From: Escherichia coli
GTDB lineage: Bacteria > Pseudomonadota > Gammaproteobacteria > Enterobacterales > Enterobacteriaceae
Length of the DNA stretch: 64,000 nucleotides
Strand: one strand, 5' to 3'
Assembly: GCF_003334305.1 (NCBI RefSeq)
Contig: NZ_QOWS01000018.1
Each line of letters starts with the position of its first letter. The stretch's first letter is position 1. This document shows, in pieces, positions 34,461-44,475 of this stretch. The notes under the pieces were generated by a model, which had not been told where the DNA came from, ran no database searches, and saw nothing but the letters and a program-made list of their open reading frames with translations. Made by a program: the position numbers and the translations under genes.

Positions 34461-34777
34461 GGAGAACTTCCTGGACTCACTAAGATACAAGGCGATAACC
34501 CCAGAAAGGGAGAGCCACCTTCTAATTGGTATTGTTATGAGGATGCTTCATCCGAATCATCTACCAATCCCTAAACCGACTTCTTAAACAATCTTTACAG
34601 ACCCCGTTCACCAGTCTCAATATTTTTATTTCTCGCTCTTCGTTTGTTGCTCGTTTCTATTATTGAGGGGGTTTGAAAAACCTCTGTAAAATAACCCTTC
34701 CAGTAAAAAGCGAATAACCCCAGAGAGGGGGAATCGCCTCTTTAACATTCTCATAATCAGTGCTCTATATGAGAATT

Positions 34778-35446
34778 TCAGCCCAACCTTTGAACAATCT
34801 TGTAAGTGGTGCTTAGAGGCATTCTTAGCGATTCTGCGATGCTCTTGACGGATTGCCCTTGGCCATGCAGTTTAATCAGCCTGTCAAGCGTCTGTGCATC
34901 GTGTATATGAGGTCTTCCACGTAAACCACCCCTGTTAACCACGGCAAGTAAAAGCATTGTGTCGCCACAATAGATTGTTTGTGTAACTTCAACCTTCGGT
35001 TTACGGGGTGTGTTCCTGTATATCAAAACGCAACTTGCAAACGGTGAACGCACTACAACACCTTTCTTCCCTGCTGGTGGAAGGTATTTGACTGCTCGGT
35101 GTAACGTTCGAATCTCATGCAGAAAGGGGTTTGTATATACACACCGAAGCCAGTAAGTTGTCTTTGACCTGTGCGGAACCAGACATACACACACATCAGC
35201 TTCATGGGATTTTAGGAGGAACCTTTCAGCCATGCTAAACGGCGGGTTAACGAAGACCCGTTCACCAACCCATGATTGATTGTGAATATCATCGGTGAAC
35301 CGTGGCAACAATGCGTCATGCTCAGTTGCAGCACCATCCATCGAAAAACCAAATTCACGGTGTAGGTTACGAAATAAACGATACGGTGTACGCCAGTCAT
35401 CAGAACCACCATGATAACGACCGACATTGATTATTGGATGTGACAC
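34778..35446 (-). CDS. Dam-family (phage-type) DNA N6-adenine methyltransferase with a C-terminal HTH extension; GTG start
   Basis: N-terminal DWRTP and catalytic NPPF motifs of the phage Dam family; C-terminal about 45 aa (GRPHIHDAQTLDRLIKLHGQGQSVKSIAESLRMPLSTTYKIVQRLG) resemble the GRP-linker plus HTH of resolvase/invertase proteins. Confidence 0.7.
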   Translation of the reverse strand: MSHPIINVGRYHGGSDDWRTPYRLFRNLHREFGFSMDGAATEHDALLPRFTDDIHNQSWVGERVFVNPPFSMAERFLLKSHEADVCVCLVPHRSKTTYWLRCVYTNPFLHEIRTLHRAVKYLPPAGKKGVVVRSPFASCVLIYRNTPRKPKVEVTQTIYCGDTMLLLAVVNRGGLRGRPHIHDAQTLDRLIKLHGQGQSVKSIAESLRMPLSTTYKIVQRLG

Positions 35447-35485
35447 AAGCGAAGCGCCCCTCTTAGTATATTTCTTAATCGTCTC

Positions 35486-35546
35486 TTTAGCATTTAGTGC
35501 TTTTTGTTAAGTTTAGCACTTTTTGCTAAAGACAAAACACTTGACA
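35486..35546. promoter_or_regulatory. Operator-like dyads (TTTAGCA-N6-TGCTAAA and a second half-degenerate copy) followed by ACTTGACA (module 2), upstream of the methyltransferase gene
   Basis: tttagcatttagtgct and tttagcactttttgctaaa, then acttgacaaaa. Confidence 0.5.
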
Positions 35547-36020
35547 AAATGGTAAGATTGTTCACATGACCTTACTTAACAGATTCTTAAGAGCTTTGAA
35601 ACGAACTGTTTAACAAGGTCACTACCTCTGGTCTTATCGTTCCCTCTCTTCTTGGTAGTTCTGTTAAGTATCTTTTCAGGTATCTCTTACAGTCACTGTT
35701 AAGATAGAACCTACCTTCGGTTTCATGGTTCTCTTCCTCCCGTTAAATATCCCTTCACAGTCAGACTAAATAACACCTCTGTAGTTTCTTGGTAGAATCT
35801 TTCAAGGTAACTTAACTCTGAGTTTATGAAGTTGACCTTAGTCAATGTTTGTGAAGGTGTTACAGAGCATGTTCTCTAGGTCTGTGTAGCTCACTAAGCG
35901 AGAGAGGGGATATGTGACCATAGGGGAACCCCTCCTGTTAAAAGTTTCTTGATGTTATCATCACAATATGTATAATCACCAACTGTACAGACACCTTAAC
36001 GGTTTCTCTACACCTCACTA

Positions 36021-36089
36021 TGGCTAGGTAGGGTATGGTTTAGCTTGGTACGGCTAGGTTAGGTCTGGTTTGGTTAGGTATGGGTGGAT
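36021..36089. repeat. Degenerate G/T-rich short tandem repeat (GGYTAGGT-like units)
   Basis: tggctaggtagggtatggtttagcttggtacggctaggttaggtctggtttggttaggtatgggtgg. Confidence 0.6.
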
Positions 36090-36120
36090 TGTCGTAGCCA
36101 CGTTAAAAATCGACTTATAG

Positions 36121-36145
36121 GGACTCTTTCGGGAGTCCTTTTTAG
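36121..36145 (+). terminator. Intrinsic terminator, plus orientation, with no upstream plus-strand ORF
   Basis: ggactc-tttcgg-gagtcc stem-loop followed by ttttt. Confidence 0.6.
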
Positions 36146-36347
36146 TTTGTATAAAATCTGTACAGGAGTTATCAGGCTTCTAAAATTTTTATAAAAAATA
36201 ATCAGACCTCTTCTAAGCCTCTTCAACCAAATCTTTCGAAAATATCTGACAGATGTCTGTAGCTGCTAAGTACCCGTCACACCAGCTATGTGACCCCCTT
36301 GGCAAAAAAGCCAAATATCAGCTACATCCATGTAACTATTCAGTAAC

Positions 36348-36899
36348 TTATTTAGCAAGTCTGTAATAAGTTGCTCTAGAGATTCCTAACTCTTCCTGAA
36401 TCTGCAACCTCGTCTTACCTTGTGAAATAAGCGTCTGTACAGCCTCTGAAGAAGCCTTTACAGGCCTCCCCATATGTACCCCTTCAGCTTTAGCACGTTC
36501 AATACCAGCCTTTCTACGCTCTGCTATCAAGCTTCTTTCAAGCTGTGCCAACGTTGACATAATGCCTAACATTGCTTCACCCATAGCGCTTGATAAGTCA
36601 AACCCTTCTCTAAGGCTGATAACTGTCACACCTTTAGCCTGTAGCGCTTTAACCGTTGATAACACATCAATTGTGTCACGTCCAAGACGGTCTACAGCTA
36701 CCACAACTACGGTGTCACCTTCTCGTGCATAAGCTAACAAACTACTGAAACCGTTTCTTAAAGAAGCTTTGACAGAACCACTGACAGCTTCATCAGTGAA
36801 CCATTTAGCAATGTTGTACCCTGCCTCTTCAATTTGCATTTGCTGGTTAGTGATGGATTGGTCATCTGTACTCACCCTGCAATATCCAAGTATCGCCAT
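36348..36899 (-). CDS. Small serine recombinase (resolvase/DNA-invertase family)
   Basis: 183 aa; N-terminal catalytic motif GYCRVSTDDQ, resolvase core, C-terminal GRP linker plus HTH. Confidence 0.85.
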   Translation of the reverse strand: MAILGYCRVSTDDQSITNQQMQIEEAGYNIAKWFTDEAVSGSVKASLRNGFSSLLAYAREGDTVVVVAVDRLGRDTIDVLSTVKALQAKGVTVISLREGFDLSSAMGEAMLGIMSTLAQLERSLIAERRKAGIERAKAEGVHMGRPVKASSEAVQTLISQGKTRLQIQEELGISRATYYRLAK

Positions 36900-36912
36900 A
36901 CATCCCCCTTAG

Positions 36913-37040
36913 AAGTCTCAAAAGTTAGTCTCATAAGTTTAGCTGTCTCATAATCCAAAAACAACCTTTTGAGACTACTTGAGGGTGCATTCTACCGTTA
37001 CGTTGAAAGTGTCTCAAAAGGAAGTCCTTTTAAGACTGGT
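36913..37040. promoter_or_regulatory. Iteron-like array of GTCTCAWAAG motifs (at least four direct, two inverted) immediately upstream of the small recombinase gene
   Basis: gtctcaaaag, gtctcataag, gtctcataat, inverted ttttgagact, gtctcaaaag, taagact within about 125 bp. Confidence 0.6.
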
Positions 37041-37416
37041 TATGAAGGAGCTATGAAGATTTTAGGAGGGTAACTATAACCATCACTTTCTAACTTTCAC
37101 GTAGGAAATCGTTAAGTTTCTTGATAGTTACACCATGTGACCAACTATCTATATATCGTTATATAGCCCTGTATATAACACTTTTCTAGGAGTCGAGAGA
37201 GGGACGACTAACACGATACAGTTTACCCTGAAAAGAGACTTCACAGATTCTCTATATATTTCAATAAGTTAGGCTAAAAAGAGACTATACCGATACTGTA
37301 TAGAATCTGTGTAGAATTGCTTAGATACTTGGAAAAATGCCTTTAAATTGAATAGGTACTAACCTGTTTATGTCCTGTTATTAACAGGTAGTTGAATGTA
37401 CGTGTTTAGCTATGTA

Positions 37417-37438
37417 AAAGCACCAGAACTTTAGCCAT
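37417..37438 (-). other. attR core candidate (AAAGCAC) plus the displaced native wrbA start codon and first five codons
   Basis: Minus strand reads ATG GCT AAA GTT CTG GTG C..., the recalled native wrbA 5' end, now separated from the gene body by the element. Confidence 0.6.
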
Positions 37439-37810
37439 TTCTAACCACTCCTCGTGTTATCTCTATTCCGTAGCGATTCGCTACCACTTATTTAAAGATA
37501 AGACGTCCTTTTCAGAGTGCAAATTTCACAACCACTTATTTGATTTATAACAACTTTCACAAGCACGTAATTTTGTCGCAAAATGACACATTTTTATCTC
37601 ATCGCGTTTTTTTAATCATAAGAGCGGCTTATGGATAATTATTGGAGATGATATCTATTCTCGCTAAGAAGCTGTTGCAGGATATTACCAAACGCGGGTC
37701 TGCCCGCGTCAGTTCACTAAGCTTAGTCCCACGTAGCGAAAATATGGCAGCCGCCATACGCCGCGTTAATTCTATGCAATATGATGTCTATACCCAGACG
37801 GAGGTCAGTA

Positions 37811-37984
37811 ATGGCAAACCATCGAGGCGGTTCCGGCAATTTTGCAGAAGACCGCGAAAGAGCATCAGAAGCAGGTAAAAAAGGTGGACAGCACAGCGGG
37901 GGGAATTTCAAGAATGACCCGCAGCGCGCATCTGAAGCAGGTAAAAAAGGTGGCAAGAGCAGTCACGGTAAAAGTGACAACTAG
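37811..37984 (+). CDS. ymdF: Stress-induced small protein YmdF (KGG-repeat protein)
   Basis: MANHRGGSGNFAEDRERASEAGKKGG... with GGAGG RBS; 57 aa. Confidence 0.85.
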   Translation: MANHRGGSGNFAEDRERASEAGKKGGQHSGGNFKNDPQRASEAGKKGGKSSHGKSDN

Positions 37985-38066
37985 CCGGACTAATCAGTGA
38001 CGAATGCATTTTTGTCTGAAGCTCGTCAAAAAGTCATCACCGCCGGTTACCCCGGCGGTTTTCTGT

Positions 38067-39395
38067 TTATGGCTCCTGATGAACAACTTCTGGCGGTGGA
38101 ACGTCAACCAACCTTCTGCTTAACAACGCATTGAGTAAAATCGCGCCAAAGGTTGCTGTACCGATCCCTCCCAACGTAAAACCGCCCAGCGTGAGAGCAA
38201 AATCACCCGCGCCCAGCACTAAGGTTACTGCGACCATAATCAAATTACCGTTCTGGCTTAAATCGACACGGTTTTGTACCCAGATCCTTGCGCCTGCGAC
38301 GGCAATCAGCCCGAACACAACAATTGAAGCACCACCAATCACCGGTGCAGGAATGGTATGGATCAGCGCGCCAAATTTCGGCGAAAAGCCCAACAGCATG
38401 GCGATGACGGCAGCAGCAACAAACACCAGCGTCGAGTAGACTTTGGTCACGGCCATCACACCGATATTTTCAGCATAGGTGGTCACGCCGCTACCGCCGA
38501 CAGAGCCGGAAAGCATCGTTGCCAGACCATCGCCTACGAATGCCCGCCCCATATACGGGTCCATATTGCGTCCGGTCATCCCGGCGACTGCCTTGAGATG
38601 ACCTAAGTTTTCCGCCACCAGAATCACCGCCACGGGCGCAATCAGCATCATTGCCTGACCATTAAAAGCAGGAGTGGAAAAATGTGGCAAACCGAACCAG
38701 GCAGCATGGCTGACGAGAGTAAAATCGACGGCTTTTCCCAGCCCTAAAACGTTGGTCATCACGCCATACAGCAGACAGGCGACAATTAATCCTACGAGAA
38801 TCAATAACCGCTGGATCATGCCACGGGTAAACACCGCCACCAGCCCAATACACAGCACCGTCATTACCGCCATCCAGCTATCAAAGGCCGAAGCCGATAC
38901 ACTTTTCACTGCGATAGGCGCTAAGTTCAGGCCAATCGCCATCACCACCGCACCCGTCACCACCGGCGGCATTAGTCGTTCAATCCAGCGTGTACCAATT
39001 TTCATCACCACCAGGCCAATGACGGTATAAACCAGCCCACAGGCGATAATCCCGCCCAGCGCAATGCTGATATTCGGGTTAATGCCCTGACCGTTAAAGC
39101 CCGTCGCGGCAATCACCACGCCGACAAAAGCCGCGCTGGAACCGAGATAACTGGGGACGCGCCCGCCGGTAATAAAGAAAAACAGTAACGTGCCGATCCC
39201 CGACATTAAAATGGAAAGATTGGGATCCAGCCCCATCAGAATCGGCATTAACACCGTCGCGCCAAACATCGCCACCGCGTGTTGAACGCCCATTACTGCC
39301 GTCTGAGCAAACGGCAATCGTTCATACGGCGCGACCACGCCGCTCTCTGTAGAGGTCGATTTTAACTGCCAGTGAGGAAAACCGAACATTGCCAT
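38067..39395 (-). CDS. rutG: Pyrimidine permease RutG
   Basis: 442-aa NCS2-family transporter; rut operon synteny. Confidence 0.9.
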   Translation of the reverse strand: MAMFGFPHWQLKSTSTESGVVAPYERLPFAQTAVMGVQHAVAMFGATVLMPILMGLDPNLSILMSGIGTLLFFFITGGRVPSYLGSSAAFVGVVIAATGFNGQGINPNISIALGGIIACGLVYTVIGLVVMKIGTRWIERLMPPVVTGAVVMAIGLNLAPIAVKSVSASAFDSWMAVMTVLCIGLVAVFTRGMIQRLLILVGLIVACLLYGVMTNVLGLGKAVDFTLVSHAAWFGLPHFSTPAFNGQAMMLIAPVAVILVAENLGHLKAVAGMTGRNMDPYMGRAFVGDGLATMLSGSVGGSGVTTYAENIGVMAVTKVYSTLVFVAAAVIAMLLGFSPKFGALIHTIPAPVIGGASIVVFGLIAVAGARIWVQNRVDLSQNGNLIMVAVTLVLGAGDFALTLGGFTLGGIGTATFGAILLNALLSRRLVDVPPPEVVHQEP

Positions 39396-39415
39396 CAGCT
39401 GTCTCCTTTAGGAGG

Positions 39416-39910
39416 TTAACAAGCAGGGCGCATCAGCGCGTGATAACTGCGATCGAACCACACCAGCCCGTAGGGTGTGGCGTGACGATGAATCGCTTCG
39501 ATGGCGCAAAACAGAATGTCGTGGGTGCCGACGCTCACCACCTGGCTGATACGGCAGTCAAACGAAACCAGAGCCTCTTCCAGTTGCGGGCATCCGGTCA
39601 CCCCCGTCTGCCAGCGGGCGGCGGCAAAGCGGTGTTCCATGGGCGTTTTGCCGCCAAAAAGGTTTGAAAGCGGCTCCTGCCCGGCGCTCAGTGTATTTAC
39701 ACACAGCGTTCGATTTTCATTGAATACCGGCCAGACGGACGCCCCACGATTCAGGCACACCAGTAATGTGGGCGGCGTGTCGGTCACGCTGCAGACGGCG
39801 CTGGCGGTGAACCCGGCGCGCCCGGCTGGACCGTCCGTGGTGATGATATTGACCGCCGCGCCCATACAGGACATCGCATCGCGAAAGGTTTGTTGATCAA
39901 CTATGTTCAT
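39416..39910 (-). CDS. rutF: Flavin reductase RutF
   Basis: Start taken at [14 protein letters not shown] (164 aa). Confidence 0.85.
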
Positions 39911-39920
39911 AGTTTGCTCC

Positions 39921-40511
39921 TTACAACAGCCCGCAGGCTTCTTCAAAGGACAGACGTGGCAGGCGCGCAAAAAGTTTGCTGCTATCGCCATAGCCGATAT
40001 TAATCAGCAGATTGCTCTTCAGCGTGCTGCCCGCAAAAAAGGCGTCGTCAACGTGTTGACGGTCAAAACCCGACATCGGGCCGGTATCCAGTCCCAGCGC
40101 ACGGCAAGCGACGATCAGATAGGCCGCCTGCATGGAACTGTTGCGAAACGCTGTTTCTTCGGCAAGTTGTGGGCTGGAGGTAAACCAACTGCGGGCATCG
40201 CCGTGAGGAAACAGTTGCGGTAACCGTTCATAAAATTCACTGTCCCAGGCGACGATAGCGGTGACGGGCGCGGTCAGGGTTTTTTGCAGATTGCCGCTGG
40301 AAAGTGCCGGGCGCAGACGTTCTTTTCCTTCTGCCGTGCGGATAAACACGATCCGTGCCGGAGAACAGTTAGCTGATGTCGGCCCCCATTTCATCAGGGC
40401 ATAAATCTCCCGTAACGTCTCATCGCTGACGGGTGTCTCCCGCCAGCCGTTGTGAGTGCGGGCATCGGTGAACAAGGTGCTAAGCGCACCTGGGCTAACG
40501 GCTTCGTTCAT
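39921..40511 (-). CDS. rutE: Malonic semialdehyde reductase RutE (nitroreductase family)
   Basis: 196-aa ORF, synteny. Confidence 0.85.
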   Translation of the reverse strand: MNEAVSPGALSTLFTDARTHNGWRETPVSDETLREIYALMKWGPTSANCSPARIVFIRTAEGKERLRPALSSGNLQKTLTAPVTAIVAWDSEFYERLPQLFPHGDARSWFTSSPQLAEETAFRNSSMQAAYLIVACRALGLDTGPMSGFDRQHVDDAFFAGSTLKSNLLINIGYGDSSKLFARLPRLSFEEACGLL

Positions 40512-40520
40512 AGCAATTCC

Positions 40521-41321
40521 TTACAGGGCGGCTTCACGGTGATGTAACAGGCTGGCAAGCCCGTTGAGTAACAGAGCATTAAACGTTTCGGGATCGGTCA
40601 CGTTGCAGGCGTGTCCGCCATAGGGCATCACCATTTTCTGGCTATCGGGCAGGGCGGCATGAAGTTCACTGGAACATGCTGTTGGCACCAGCAGATCATC
40701 ACTGGCGCAGATGATTTGCACCGGGCAGCGGATGCGATCCGCATGGTGACTAAAGTCAGCGCGTTTGAGGGCGTTAAGTCGACGCAGTAAATTATTTTTG
40801 CCCTGAAAATGCGCCAGTGCCAGCGCGTCTTCTGCCTCCAGGCGAGGTACGCGGGCCGCCATCCAGTCGGCGGGATAGAGGAACAACGGCTGCGCTTCCA
40901 CCCATGCCTGCGCGCCGCCGCTATACAGTAATCGTTCGCGAACCTGAAAACAGCGGCGCGTATGGGCGTTTATTCGTAGCCAGCCGTTAACGCTGATCAG
41001 CACAGTTACCGACGCGGGATAATCCAGCGCCAGCTGCATTCCCACCAGCGCACCGAGCGCATGGCCGACCACCACGTAATGCTCAATCCCTGCGGCTACC
41101 AGCGCCTGATGCAGTTCCGCTGCCATCTGGGCGATACTGTAATCTTCTGCCAGTGTGTCGGGATTATTGCCGGTGCCGCGCTGGTCGTAACAGACTACCT
41201 GATACTCCTGCTCCAGCACCGCCAGTTGCGGTAACCAGTAACTGCCGCTACCGCCAAGACCCGAAATCAACACCACTACGGGCGCATCAGCATAAGGGGG
41301 AGGTGAGAGTGAAAGTTTCAT
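40521..41321 (-). CDS. rutD: Aminoacrylate hydrolase RutD (alpha/beta hydrolase)
   Basis: Start taken at [10 protein letters not shown] (266 aa). Confidence 0.85.
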   Translation of the reverse strand: MKLSLSPPPYADAPVVVLISGLGGSGSYWLPQLAVLEQEYQVVCYDQRGTGNNPDTLAEDYSIAQMAAELHQALVAAGIEHYVVVGHALGALVGMQLALDYPASVTVLISVNGWLRINAHTRRCFQVRERLLYSGGAQAWVEAQPLFLYPADWMAARVPRLEAEDALALAHFQGKNNLLRRLNALKRADFSHHADRIRCPVQIICASDDLLVPTACSSELHAALPDSQKMVMPYGGHACNVTDPETFNALLLNGLASLLHHREAAL

Positions 41322-41328
41322 CGCGGCC

Positions 41329-41715
41329 TCACTTGGCGATATGCGCAATTGTGGCGATTTCCACCAGCGCGTCAGGTTTTACCAGTCCGCACTGAATGCA
41401 GAATCGCGCCGGTTTATCACCCGGAAAAAACTCGGCGTAGATTTCGTTAATCGCGGCGTAATTTTTCCAGTCGGTAATAAAGATGCTGTTGAAGGTCACA
41501 TCCGCCATCGTGCCACCCGCCGTCTCGATCACCTTGCGGATAGTTTCCAGAACGTGGCGGGTTTGCGCCTTTGGGTCATCGGCAAACAGCACGTTGTTAT
41601 GTTGATCAAAAGCCAGCGTACCGGAGACATACACCACGCCATCAGCCAGCGTGCCGGGAACGAAGGGGGCCAGCGGTGCGCTGCTGCCAGCGGGAATAAT
41701 TACGGATTTTGGCAT
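41329..41715 (-). CDS. rutC: Aminoacrylate peracid reductase RutC (YjgF/RidA family)
   Basis: 128-aa ORF, synteny. Confidence 0.85.
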
Positions 41716-41726
41716 CGTTAAACTCC

Positions 41727-43567
<1,841 letters not shown>

Positions 43568-43797
43568 ATCCTTTTCAGCCGCGTAATGGCTTGTTTGCAA
43601 AGCGGATGCCAGTTTTTAAAAAGTGAATGTTATTAATGTGTTAACATTGTGTTGTCTAAAATATCTGGTAAAAAGTGGACTAAACGGTCAAAACAGTTGC
43701 ACATAAAACATGCATCTGTGCGCGATGAGAGTGCAGAAGGTCGAGGCCGGGCGGGGGTTTTGCTATCCTGTTGCCAATCTACAAGAGGGGAGAGCGC

Positions 43798-44436
43798 ATG
43801 ACGCAAGGCGCAGTGAAAACAACGGGTAAACGTTCGCGCGCAGTAAGCGCGAAGAAAAAAGCGATTCTTAGCGCAGCACTGGACACTTTTTCACAATTCG
43901 GTTTTCACGGCACAAGGCTGGAGCAGATCGCAGAGTTGGCGGGTGTTTCAAAAACCAATCTGCTGTATTACTTTCCGTCAAAAGAGGCGCTGTATATTGC
44001 CGTGCTGCGGCAGATTCTCGATATCTGGCTGGCACCGTTAAAAGCGTTTCGTGAAGATTTCGCTCCGCTGGCGGCGATAAAAGAGTACATCCGTCTGAAG
44101 CTGGAAGTCTCCCGCGATTATCCGCAGGCTTCGCGCCTGTTCTGTATGGAGATGCTGGCAGGCGCGCCGCTGTTAATGGATGAACTGACGGGCGATTTGA
44201 AGGCATTAATTGATGAGAAATCGGCGCTGATTGCCGGTTGGGTCAAAAGCGGCAAACTCGCGCCGATTGATCCGCAGCATTTGATTTTCATGATTTGGGC
44301 TTCCACTCAACATTACGCCGATTTCGCCCCTCAGGTGGAGGCGGTGACAGGCGCGACGTTGCGCGATGAGATATTTTTCAATCAAACGGTTGAAAACGTG
44401 CAGCGGATTATTATTGAGGGGATTCGACCACGTTAA
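43798..44436 (+). CDS. rutR: TetR-family repressor RutR
   Basis: Start taken at MTQGAVKTTGKRSRAV (212 aa); TetR HTH. Confidence 0.9.
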   Translation: MTQGAVKTTGKRSRAVSAKKKAILSAALDTFSQFGFHGTRLEQIAELAGVSKTNLLYYFPSKEALYIAVLRQILDIWLAPLKAFREDFAPLAAIKEYIRLKLEVSRDYPQASRLFCMEMLAGAPLLMDELTGDLKALIDEKSALIAGWVKSGKLAPIDPQHLIFMIWASTQHYADFAPQVEAVTGATLRDEIFFNQTVENVQRIIIEGIRPR

Positions 44437-44440
44437 AGAT

Positions 44441-44468
44441 GCCGGAGGAGGTTGTAACATCCTCCGGC
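44441..44468. terminator. Hairpin terminator between convergent rutR and putA
   Basis: gccggaggagg-ttgtaac-atcctccggc stem-loop. Confidence 0.6.
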
Positions 44469-44475
44469 TACCTGT

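Larger units (their letters stand above)
25476..37423. mobile_element. About 11.9-kb AT-rich integrative element inserted in the 5' end of wrbA (serine-recombinase-borne island; satellite or prophage-remnant-like)
   Basis: Left junction inside the first wrbA codons; displaced native wrbA 5' end (gcaccagaactttagccat = reverse complement of ATGGCTAAAGTTCTGGTGC) at about 37421-37438; 7-bp direct repeat AAAGCAC at both junctions; recombinase genes at both ends; composition shift. Confidence 0.8.

Noticed and set aside
35447-36347. Retron (msr-msd RNA plus reverse transcriptase)
   Set aside because: No reverse transcriptase ORF anywhere in the element; the non-coding region may still encode another kind of RNA
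25476-37423. Stx2-type lambdoid prophage at the wrbA attachment site
   Set aside because: The element is only about 12 kb, uses a serine rather than tyrosine recombinase and has no stx, antiterminator Q, lysis, capsid or terminase genes; only the insertion locus is shared
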